Shown in pieces: positions 50,686 through 61,226 of a stretch of 64,000 nt of DNA. Every line of letters begins with the position of its first letter. The stretch's first letter is position 1. The DNA is from Vicugna vicugna (Eukaryota), in the NCBI GenBank assembly GCA_013265495.1, contig MU057640.1:1559303-1623302 (forward strand). The letters are read 5' to 3'. The position numbers were made by a program, and so were the translations under genes. The notes beneath the pieces were generated by a model, which was not told the DNA's origin, made no database searches, and saw only the letters and a program-made list of their open reading frames with translations.

Positions 50686-51044
50686 TTCACAATCAGCTGA
50701 CCACCTTAGACCAAAACTCTTCTTCGAACATGCCAGTTTCTAAAGATTAACAGACTAATCTTGAAGTGAGAGAAAAAAAAAACCCACACAGACCCAAGTC
50801 AACAATTCAAAGTACAACCATTAATGAACAAACGGGACAACAGCTGGCCAGAGGAATAAAAGGTAGGTTAAAAGAGATGGGGCAAAAGAAACTAACACTT
50901 GTTAAGGGCTCCTACAAGTCTGGCACTGGGATGAGAAATGCCGACCCTTTCTCTCACCCGACTCACTGTCTCAGGGTCTTTGGATAATTAAGTATGAGCT
51001 TCAGGAAGGCAGAGAGGGCTGGGGAACCAGCAGAGCTCCAGGTT

Positions 51045-51135
51045 CTCAAACAGCACCTGGCACACAATAAGTACTTAATAAATATTTGTCAGATGCATGG
51101 ATGAATAGATGGATGGCTAGTTGGCTAATGGATGA
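51045..51135 (+). mobile_element. L2 3' tail
   Basis: 'acagcacctggcacacaataagtacttaataaatatttgtcagatgcatggatgaatagatggatgg'. Confidence 0.75.
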
Positions 51136-52289
51136 ATGCAAAGATATTTTTAATAACAATGTTGGTCTACCCATGGAGACCAAAAGAGATCCTGGCAGAT
51201 TAGGAGACAGGTAGCAAGAAATGGTCTCCAAGCCACTGATACACGGTATCACAGGAGAGTGGGAAAAGCATGGGGTTCATCATCAGACCTGGACGGGAAG
51301 CCAAGTTTCAGGCTTACCTTTAGTATGTCCCTGGACAGGTGACTACTCAATGGCTGCAATGCACAGACTAATTCCTTCACTCCGGAGTTGTAAAAAGGCT
51401 TAACTGAGATAATATGTACAGAGTGCCCAGCAAATACCTAGCATATAAGTAGTACTTAATAAATACAAACCTCTCCATGTACTGGGCCAAGAGAAACGAT
51501 CCTACTGCTGACAGTCTTGGTCTTAAGGATAAAGTCCAAGGGAAGGGTCTCAGTACAAGGAATCCTAGTGTAATCCACAGCAGGACCGCTCTTGAGTCAC
51601 TACGAACTATGAATCCAAAGGCCCAGCTCACCTCATCACATTAGAGACAGTAACAATCACAGCAACGAGCCTATGCAGAACTCAAAAAGGGACCAGGACT
51701 CTGAGTACGAAGAAACGGAAAACAAAACCACCAGCCTATGCTTCATGCTTGGCAATTTCACACTTGCCCAAAGTAGGTATGTTTCTCTTTGTTATTCTGT
51801 CAAAGCTACTTTATTGACAATATTTGAGCTATATTTTATTGACAATATTATGCACCATCAAGGAGTCTTTCTGAGAAAAATTTCCTAAGGGTCCTATCCA
51901 GGCTCCATCTCGAAGGGACCAAGATAATTGCATATTTGGCTCTAATTATGCCCTCATGTGTTTTCTCTTTCATACTCTGTCAGCATCATTTTATCACGTA
52001 ATGCAGCCCAATTATAAAAATGACTAAAACCCCCAAACTTCTTATCCATTACTGATAAGGTGAAAGTAATTTCTTAACAAGTTCTAATATAAGTTTCCTC
52101 TGAGTTAGTAGCAAAACAAACCACAAAAATTTTAACTAACTTTCTAGTTATTACTTATCCATCAGGTGAAGTCAACAGCTGTTACCTTTCCTCTTAATGA
52201 ACTAGCAAGGTTGTTTTTGATGAAATGGAAACATTTATGCCAGTTATAAAATTCTGGTTTTTGAAGTGGAAAAAAAAAAGTAAATGAAG

Positions 52290-52470
52290 GCTGCAAATGG
52301 CAAAATACCCTTCTTTCTTATGGGTGAGTTGTGTTCCATCACATATATATGCTGCATCTTCTTCATCCATTCATCTATTGATGTGCACTTACAATATTTC
52401 CATATCTCGGCAACTATAAAATGATGCTGTTAATTGCGGGGTGTATGTATCTTTTTGAATTAATTCTTAT
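52290..52470 (-). mobile_element. L1 ORF2 3' fragment
   Basis: 'gcaaatggcaaaatacccttctttcttatgggtgagt...catccattcatctattgatg...tatctttttgaatta'. Confidence 0.75.
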
Positions 52471-52814
52471 TTTGTTGTTGGCTTCATTCCTTTGATAACT
52501 ATGTAAGTTTAAAAAGCTAGAGCTCTAAACATTCTTAGAAACAATGAGCATTACATATATGTAAATTTTTTAAAAGTACAGTATATTATATATATGTATT
52601 TACATGCAATACATTGTATATGTGCAGTCAAATAGTAACAATTCTACCTAATAAAATTGAGAAATGAAAAAACAAAAACAAAAAAGAGTTAGTGAGAGGC
52701 TAATCTAGGGGAGAACCAGTGAGTATGAATGTGACCTGTGCCTTGCCTTAGAGATACAATTAACAGGACTCACTACGTGGTGGGGTGCAGTGAAAAGAGA
52801 AGCAGAAGTAATTC

Positions 52815-53205
52815 AGAAAGAGAAAGAAAAGCACCATATGGTATCACTCATACGTAGAATCTAAAAAAAGAAAAAGAAGACACTAAGGAACTTATCTAGA
52901 AAACAGAAACAGACTCAAAGACATAGAAAATAAACTTATGGTTACCAGGGCAAGGGGAAAGGAGGTGAGAAGGGATAAATTGGGAGGTTGAGATTTGCAA
53001 ATATTGACTACTATATATAAAATAAATAAGTTTCTTCTATATAGCACAGAGAACTATATTCAATATCTTGTAGTAATCTATAACAAAAAACAAATATACG
53101 TATGTACATGTATTACTGAAATATGCTGTACACCAGAAATTGACACTTTGTAAACTGACTATATTTCAATTAAAAAAAATTGATTTATACTCTCAAAAAA
53201 AAAAA
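52815..53205 (+). mobile_element. 5'-truncated L1 3' UTR
   Basis: 'caccatatggtatcactcatacgtagaatctaaaaaaag...aaacttatggttacc...gctgtacaccagaaattgacac' followed by A tails. Confidence 0.9.
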
Positions 53206-53699
53206 AGAAAAAGAGACAGCGGGTGACAAAAGGGCACCAAAGGACAAGAAGTCACGTTACACAACAATTTCACCATCACTGGAACAAACACGGCTCAGTG
53301 ATGGAGAGTGAGGAGGAGTCAGAGAGGAAGTAGGTGGCCCTCTGCCACACGAAGGCATCCAGACTTCAGCCTCTGGGTTCCGAGGAATTTAAGAAGCGTT
53401 GGCCTACAGCAGATACTGGCTATTGCAAGTTACAGCTTTTCCTGCCGTCCCCACGCCTCTGCGGCTTCCTCTTGTCTGGAGGGGTCCGTAGGAAGGGAGA
53501 GGAGTGGACCCTTTCCCCACACCTAAATTTACACCAGCTGTATACCACCCTCAAGGTCCTCTTGGTACCCAGCAGATACTGAATGACTTCAGATCCTCTT
53601 AAAAGTATAGACTCTTAGAATGAAAAGGAAACCAGAAGAGCACCCCATCAACTTCCCATCGGCCACCAGAACCCCTTCTACACACCTTGATAAACGGCT

Positions 53700-54240
53700 G
53701 CATGCTGGGCAGCAGCTCACCGTCCTCCCTGTATCTTTTTTCCTCAGAATCACTTGCTATCACTCTTCTTGCCAGGTATCATTTAAAATTCTTTCTAAAA
53801 TCTCTGGCGTGAGCCCCTCCTTAGAATGTAGTCCACTTGGTCAGAGCTGAGCACAAAGACCTCCCGTGCCCCTACCCCTGCTCCCTCGCAGCAGAGAACC
53901 ACAGGCACATGAGGTCCTTCATGTGGACAATGTATTTCTTGGTTGCACTGACCTTTATAGAAGCACAGGACCTGGAGCATTTAAAATCTGTAGCCAAAAA
54001 AAAAAACACCATGTCCTTATTCATTTCGACTGTTCTCATAAGCATCATTCACCTCTCCTTCAAATGACATATCACAGTTATCAGTTAACATTTATTTGTG
54101 GGATTATCTGAGCTGCATTTCCCCAGCTCACAGACTAAGTGACTGTTTTGTGGTATTTTGCCATTACCACTGTTTTGTGAGGTCTTAGCATAGTACCTGT
54201 TCCAAAGGAAGGGTTCAATAAATGCTAGGTGAAGAATGAG
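53700..54240 (+). mobile_element. L2 relic
   Basis: Ends 'cttagcatagtacctgttccaaaggaagggttcaataaatgctaggtgaagaatga'; pyrimidine-rich L2-like body. Confidence 0.55.
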
Positions 54241-54525
54241 ATGTAGACAAAATATTAACATGAGGCAAGTTATAAGTGTGATAGGAGTGTTAAAATCAAC
54301 ATTCCATGGAAGCCCAGTGGAGAGTCTTTCAACCTCCTCTGTGAACGAAAGGTATCATCGAGGAAAAAAGGCACCCAAGCCAAGTTTTTAATGGTGTTTC
54401 AAATGTTGAAAATAAGAAAATATTTGGGCAACAAAATAACCAATGAAAATGATGTTTTTGAAGAACAGTTATTTATATTGCTCATAATAAATTAATAAAA
54501 AGGATACAAAACACTATGTGCCTTC

Positions 54526-54545
54526 CACACACACACACACACACA
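54526..54545. repeat. (CA)10 microsatellite
   Basis: Read directly from the sequence. Confidence 0.9.
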
Positions 54546-55371
54546 ACCTGAAAGGTTTAAATGTCAATCGTAGCTATTGCTGTGTTTGTTGTCTGATTAC
54601 CAGTGATCTTTATTTTCTTCTTTACACTTTATTGCAGTTCCCAAGTTTTCTACCATAAAGATTTGATAATCTGGGAGGAAATATTTCGATTTTTTAACTC
54701 ATTTGGGTGAAACTGTAATAACATTTTAAGTCTTCGGGTTTTATCAGAAAAGATTTCCGGACTGCTTTTTCCATCTCACACTTTATGGGAACCTTGTAAA
54801 GCAGAAAGAATACTGGGTAAGACATTTCAGTCCCCAAGAAATTACAAACCACCACCCCCCCCCATTAAAATTGCACTCATTCTCTAACCTGCTTTTTCGA
54901 ATCTTGACAACACGTGTGAAAGGATTTGCATTTGCAGGTAATACTAAAATCAGAAGCCAGCATCAGCGATCGCATGGGTCTACAGAACATCAGTTCCCTT
55001 CCACACTCTCAGGTGGGCCCTCTTAACAATGAACTATATGCATCGCCACCACCCTGCCGTCCCCTTATCAGGCTGGGAGACAGAAGAGCTTCCGGTGACA
55101 TATCTCAGTTAAATATCAAGGACATAAACAAAGGTCCCTTCCTTGAATTAACAGATACCTTCCTCTATGGTCAACAAGTTAAGAAGGATGACACAAAATA
55201 TTGTTCATTACCAAATAAAAAACAAAAACTACCTAAGTACTCTGAAACAAGAGGCGTCTAGCTTGTCCCCTGCAATCTCCTGGAACTCTGAAACAGGAGT
55301 CGAAAGTACCCTTCTGTAGCTAAGCTTGCATAAAACAAACAAAGAAAAAAAAGTGATGGCAAAAACTACTA

Positions 55372-55492
55372 TTTTGGGGGGTGGGGCGGCATACTTAGGT
55401 TTATTTATTTATTTTAATGGGAGTATTGGGGATTGAACCCAGGACTTTGTGCATGCTAAGCACACACTCTCCCACTGAGCTACACCCCCCCC
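55372..55492 (-). mobile_element. tRNA-derived SINE (Vic-1-like)
   Basis: 'gagtattggggattgaacccaggactttgtgcatgctaagcacacactctcccactgagctacacccc'; flanked by aaaaactac repeats. Confidence 0.9.
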
Positions 55493-56028
55493 TAAAAACT
55501 ACCACGTTAAACAGATGGCAGATTTCCTGCAAATAGCACTATCTTAAAAGCAGTCCCGATGCAAGTAAAACGTTCTCAGCAATGGCCATCAGTCATGCCC
55601 CTTCCTTATTCCAAGAACAGCAAAGGGGAAACACAAATTATGAAGAAGTTTCCAGATGGTTAAGCTCATGGTCCACCAAGCCACCCCAGAAAGACCCTTG
55701 CACAACCCATCTCCTTCTGCCCCCTGACAGCCTCTAAGCTTCAGCCTCCTCGGTCCTCTTCTTTCGGGCTGCTACCCCGACCCGCCTCCTCAGGGTACGT
55801 TCCCCTCAGAACCCCTTGCAGGGGAGCCAGCCTTCTCTCATCCTTTACTGAGTCTCCTTGTCTCAGAAACAAGCCAACCAACCAACCTTCCTGAATACTT
55901 TGGAGACTCATGAGAAATCACTACTAACAAACAGGTAAGGTGGGGAAAAAAAATTGATGCCCCATGATTACAGATTCAAGAAAGCTCATCGATGAGAAAT
56001 TCAAATCCTGGCTGAAATGCAGGTAGCA

Positions 56029-56165
56029 CTAGGGAGACCCTGGTGTGTGGCTTTTCTGGATGTTGGGACCTTCTGAATTACAGAAGGTCTTTGACCCACC
56101 CAAGTCTCTGATTATTGAATTAAAAACAAACTTTAAGATGCAGCCTTTAATGACTTTTTTAAAAA
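56029..56165. repeat. Rearranged local duplicate of 57408-57542 (inverted + direct segments)
   Basis: 56043-56084 is the reverse complement of 57408-57449 (41/42). 56085-56165 matches 57463-57542 directly (77/81 including one indel). Confidence 0.95.
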
Positions 56166-57407
56166 CAGATGGGCCTGGGCAGCCATCAGGTCCTAAAGCA
56201 CCTCAGGGGATACTGATGTTCAGTTCAGGGCTACTGCCAGACAGCACAGCCGCCCCGACCCTCAGTCGCCTGTCATCCACGTACTCGAGTACAATCAGGA
56301 GTCCACAGCCTCCCGCAGGGAGGCCCTCCAGGTCCCCCATCCATTCAGATTCTAAGTCACCCTATGAGGAAGGAGGGGCGGATGTGACTCTGCAGGCCAT
56401 CAAAGTGCCTCTGGAGTCTGGAGCGTGACACAGAAAGGGTGAGCTTGTCACTTTACAGTTCCCTTATGTGAACACACAGCATCCCCCAGGCTACGAAAAG
56501 AGAAGAGAAAGTGCATGTGAGGAGCCCTCTACTCTCAAATCCTCAGTGTACACAGGAGACAGTGATGCTCAGGTGGTTGTGTAGAAAATTCCCTGCGAAT
56601 CATCTCCCAAATATGCCAGATAATCAGCATTAACTTCTCTGCTTACAGTTTAAATCAATTCACATCAAGGCAGTGGCTTCTGTGGTGACAAAGACCTGCA
56701 CAGACATTTTTCTTACTGAATAACTTCGGCATTGCTTTTTTCAAATTCATGGTACATTATCTTAAGTTGAGTAACAGTGAGCAAAATATTTGGCAACTGT
56801 CTTCTGACTCTGGGAAAAGCTTAATGTATTTTAGGCCTGTCTTTTTCTCAACAAATGCCATTCTCTGCAACCTAGAATTGTTTCTCACAAAATCGAATAT
56901 TTGAACACCTTGTATTAAAGGATGTACAGTGCACTGGTATCTCATTAACACACTCTGCTCTGCAGAGTAGGATCTGGGTACAAAAGTCATCAGTGCTGGC
57001 CCCGCTCCAGAAGGATGCTGAAATGCAGCGTTCCCTCAGAAACTGACTTCAACTCCTCTTCACACATTAGCCATAACAAATTGAATCATGCCAAAAGTAT
57101 CTGCTTTAGAGTTTTATTTCAACGTTAAACCGAATAAAACCAACCACTTCAATGGCTCAAGGAACAAGAAAGCCGCAAATTCCAATAACTTGAGCACTGG
57201 AGGGTTATTAAGCTGGTTAAGTCACTTTCCCTCTGTGTAAGAGATGAACCATTTTTCCATGTGCTAGAACAGCAAATCATGACCCTTTCCTACAAGAGAG
57301 TAACAGCCATAGAGGGAAACAAGTTCTGTATGGAGGGATAATTTCAAACACGAGTATCCACTGCTTGTCATAAACTACTCTTTTTACTCGCCAAATTTTT
57401 ACATGCC

Positions 57408-57542
57408 TCTGTAATTCAGAAGGTCCTAACATCCAGAAAAGCCACACACAAGTTTCTCAGCTAGGTCTTTGACCCACCCAAGTCTCTGATTTTGAATTAA
57501 AAACAAACTTTAAGATGTGGCCTTTAATAACTTTTTTAAAAA
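57408..57542. repeat. Partner copy of the 56029-56165 duplication
   Basis: Direct sequence comparison, as for the previous feature. Confidence 0.95.
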
Positions 57543-58057
57543 TAGCTCTGTATTAACAACATGTATTCAGCCTGTCTTTTAATATCTGTCCATATTTAAG
57601 GGCCAACCAGTGTTCACAGCGAAGGTGAGCACACCGGACACAAACCCACGGGAAGCTACACAGCAGCGAGGAGGGCGTCCTGAACTAGGACTCCAAGCTG
57701 AGTCCCGCATCCGAACCTGGTTAAGCCACACACTCATTCAACCCAGCTAAGCCTCAGCTCAGCCAGCTCTAAATTAAAGACAGTAAAACTTGGCCCACCT
57801 AAACAATGCTCTTAAAGGTATGTGTCAACGAGATAACACATTTGCAAATGATTTCTTATAATGAAATAAGCATCATTCAGCTGCTGTTCCAGTAAGAAAT
57901 GGCTACGTCACCCCAAGACACGTAAAATAGTGTTCCTCTGTTGTCCCACCTTTGAAGATTTGCCATTTTCTTCTTCCCTCCCTCTGTTTCTTCCTTTCTT
58001 CTCTTATCTAACAGATACATACTATGCATCTACCATATACCAGATAGAGTTCCAGAC

Positions 58058-58357
58058 CTGCACTGTCCAGTGTGGTGGGCAGCAGCAAAGGTGGTGACTG
58101 AGCATCTGAAACAGCTCTAGTTCAAACTGAGATGTGCTGTCAGCATAAAACAGACACTGGACTTTGAAGACTCTGTGTAAGCAAAAAAAACTAAAATACC
58201 TCAAGTTTTTTTATATTGATCGTATGTTGAGATGATAACATTTTCGATATTTAGGCTAAATAAATATTAAAACTAATTTCACCTCTTTTTTTCAGCACGG
58301 TAATTAGGAAATGTAAATGAGTGAGGGCTCACATTGTATTTCTATTTGACAGTGCTG
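58058..58357. mobile_element. MER33-like hAT-Charlie DNA transposon
   Basis: TIRs ctgcactgtcca ... ttgacagtgctg; 8-bp TSD ttccagac (58050-58057) / ttctagac (58358-58365); internal 'aactgagatgtgctgt...actggactttgaagact'. Confidence 0.88.
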
Positions 58358-58676
58358 TTCTAGACCCTGGGGCTGTATCAGGGAACAAGACCGTGCCCCT
58401 AACCTCATGGAAGCTGATGTCTAAACACCGACAGCCCTGAAATCTTCAGTAATGGGTAGACAAGGAAAACTAAAACCAGCCACCTAGTGTAGTGAAGACT
58501 ATGGGATGGAGGCCACAAGCATGAGATCTAGGCACATCTTCCCTTTAGTCCTTTCTTCTACCTTTCTTCTACTCTAGTCCCCAGAATCATCAGTCAGGAA
58601 AAAGGTGAGCCATGACCCTGGCCATCTTGGGGAAAACTGCTCCTTTCCTGTCAGGTGTTTCTGAGGGCACAACCAC

Positions 58677-58787
58677 TTTTTTTTTTTAATTTTGTCACTG
58701 TTGTTGTTATTAATGAGGTACTGGGGATTGAACCCAGGAACTATGAACCTAAGCACACATTCTACCACTGAGCTATCCCCCTCCCCA
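58677..58787 (-). mobile_element. tRNA-derived SINE (Vic-1-like)
   Basis: 'gaggtactggggattgaacccagg...ctaccactgagctatccccctcccc'; flanking repeats acaaccactttt / atgaccactttt. Confidence 0.9.
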
Positions 58788-59344
58788 CTGAACATGACCA
58801 CTTTTAATCCAAACTTAGTGAGGGAGAAAAGCTTTCCCTCTGGGGCATCAGCAGTTTCAAGGCATCATTTTTTTAGTCCCTTGGCTTGTGCCTCAAAAGC
58901 ACTATAAAGTTTCCAATTGTTGGAAAATGCTTCTTAACAAAGACATCCTCTGCCTGGATTCCAACAGCCTCCTTTATTATGAGGGTTCTCCGTCGCTTTC
59001 CTCTCCTCGGGCCAACTGACCCTGCCCCTCTCAGCACCTTTAGCTCCCCCTCCCCAATAGGTGGAGTGCTGCCAGATTAAGAGCAAGGAGCTGGGTCCAG
59101 CAACATGACCCCACGACAGAAGCCTGGAAGTCTTCACCGGTCCAGGGAGACTGTCAAAGGAAATGCGGGTCAGGCTGAACTACCTGCCAGTTAAATGTGA
59201 GCTTACTTGTTTTAAGATTTTTAAAGAATTTCTGGAGGGTAAGTGCAACCAAGACCAAATGGGCATACTTTTCAAAAGCACTCTTCCTACCAAAAAGGCA
59301 TCTTGACCATTTGAAATTTCCTATTCCATGTGTTAGGAACTTAC

Positions 59345-59405
59345 CTTAAATTCAAATCACACAATATGGCAAATGTGTTGCTGGCCCACGCATCTTTCTG
59401 GCAGA
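59345..59405 (-). other. Candidate cryptic exon (61 nt)
   Basis: Minus strand: acceptor ctttcttcccag|, consensus donor AAG|gtaagt. Motif evidence only. Confidence 0.25.
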
Positions 59406-59819
59406 CTGGGAAGAAAGCCAGGGCTTTGAGAGATTCTCTGTGCTGTGTAACGCTCTACTGGTGGCAGGAGGCCCAGAGACTCACGTTTCACGGCGGATAG
59501 TGTTATCTCCTATCTGACCCCATCGATGTCTCTCGGCCGGCGCACCCTGTCCCCTTAGCCAACCTAAATCTTACACCTCCTCCGCGAGGGCCAAGCCCAA
59601 ACCCCAGCCCCCGCAGAAATCACCCCGGTAACTCCAAATAATCTCTCTTCCTCATTCTCCCAGGAACCCGACTTCAGCCAGGGTGTTATCTCAGACATTA
59701 CTTCACCTCTTCTCTAGGTATTTCTAACGCCAGTAACTCAGGAGAACGATGAAAAAAAGTCAGCGTGACATCTGAACATTTATCCCCTTCCCTTTCAATC
59801 AGCTGAGATTTATCTGAGC

Positions 59820-60110
59820 TTCATTCAGCAACAAAGATGCACGTAACACCAAAGATACGGAAAGGACACACAGTCCCAATCCTCGAGGAAGTCAGTCTCG
59901 CTGAGAAAAATAACAAAGTAAACAACGAAGGCTGTAATAAAGGTGCAGACAGAGAGCTCTGGGAGCCCACCCGAGGGCTCTCCTTCCTGGTGATTGGGAA
60001 AAGCCTCCCAGAAAAGGCACTATATGAACGAAGAATTGAAAAATGAGTAGAAATTGACCAAGTAAAGTGAGAAAGGGATTTCAAAGGCAGTGAAGCATAG
60101 CACATTAAAA
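59820..60110 (-). mobile_element. L2 relic
   Basis: 'ttcattcagcaac...cacagtcccaatcctcgaggaag...gggaaaagcctcccagaaaagg...ttgaaaaatgagtagaaattgacca'. Confidence 0.6.
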
Positions 60111-60269
60111 GAAATGAGAAACTATATTAAAAAAAAAAACTTACAAAGAGCCATTGGGAGAAAAAAATAGTATCTTCCAATATGTTAAAAGGCTCATACA
60201 GGCATTCGAGGCTGTACATAAAGGACCCCAGTCTACTTTTGGTACATTTTCATAGTATAATATAGCAAG

Positions 60270-60500
60270 TATGGGCGGGCTCTCTGGAACCAGCCTGGGG
60301 TCAAATTCTGCTAACTGTGTAGCTTTCTACAGGTTTCTTAACCTATCTGTACCTCCTTCTGTAAAATGGGGTGACAGTAGTACCTGCCTCCTAAGGTAAT
60401 TATGTTACTGTTATGAGGAAATGAATTAAAACAAATAATATTTGTCACAAGTTAGACCTTCAACAAATGCTATTATTATTATTACTACTATTACCATCAT
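60270..60500 (+). mobile_element. MIR SINE relic
   Basis: 'tttcttaacctatctgtacctccttctgtaaaatggggtgacagtagtacctgcctcctaagg...caacaaatgctattattatt'. Confidence 0.75.
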
Positions 60501-60943
60501 TATTTACTTTTCCACACTAGACATTGTAGCAAATCTGAAATTCTTATCTCCAGCACACACACACGTCTCAATCTGGAGGTCTCCACGTGTGCCAACCCCA
60601 TGTAGCAGGACGCTGCTTGAACACCACGGCTTCCAGGAAGCTTCACCGAGCCTGCTCCCCTCACTCACTGGGGAAATGAGTGTCTCTCTCCCCCTCGTCT
60701 GAACTCCCGAAGCACCCGGATGGGCCTCTCCTGGGCCACTCATCACTCTATCCCCATTACTCCATGCCTGATTCCCCTGCAAGGCTACAGCTCTTTAAGG
60801 ACACAAGACTACATCCCACTGATCTTAGTCTTCCTCAGAGAACTGACAAAGACCTTTTCAAATATGGGCACTCAGTGCCTGCGGTGGAACAAATTAAAAT
60901 ACTCTCCCCTTTAATCAAGTCAAGAAGAGATAAGAACTTTCTA

Positions 60944-61094
60944 ATTTGGGGGGGGGGCAAGGGGGAGGTAATTAGGTTTATTTAGTTAGTTATCTATTTA
61001 TTTATTTTTCTAATAGAGGTACTGGAGATTGAACCCAGGACCTCATGCAGGCTAAGCACACACTCTACCACTGAGCCATATATCCTGCCCCCCC
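60944..61094 (-). mobile_element. tRNA-derived SINE (Vic-1-like)
   Basis: 'gaggtactggagattgaacccaggacctcatgcaggctaagcacacactctaccactgagcc'. Confidence 0.9.
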
Positions 61095-61097
61095 TAA

Positions 61098-61226
61098 ATT
61101 TTTTTGGTTGTTTTTTTTGGGGGGAGGGGGCGGGAATTAGGTTTGTTTATGGAGGTACTGGGTTTGAAGCCAGGATTTCACGCATGCTAAGCATACACTC
61201 TACCACTGAGCTACACATTCCTCTCC
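61098..61226 (-). mobile_element. tRNA-derived SINE (Vic-1-like), tandem to the previous copy
   Basis: 'ggaggtactgggtttgaagccaggatttcacgcatgctaagcatacactctaccactgagctacac'. Confidence 0.88.

Noticed and set aside
56029..56165. Twin-primed retrocopy as the origin of the inverted/direct duplicate
   Set aside because: The geometry is similar, but there is no poly(A) tail or TSD and the template is only 1.4 kb away, favouring DNA-level template switching.
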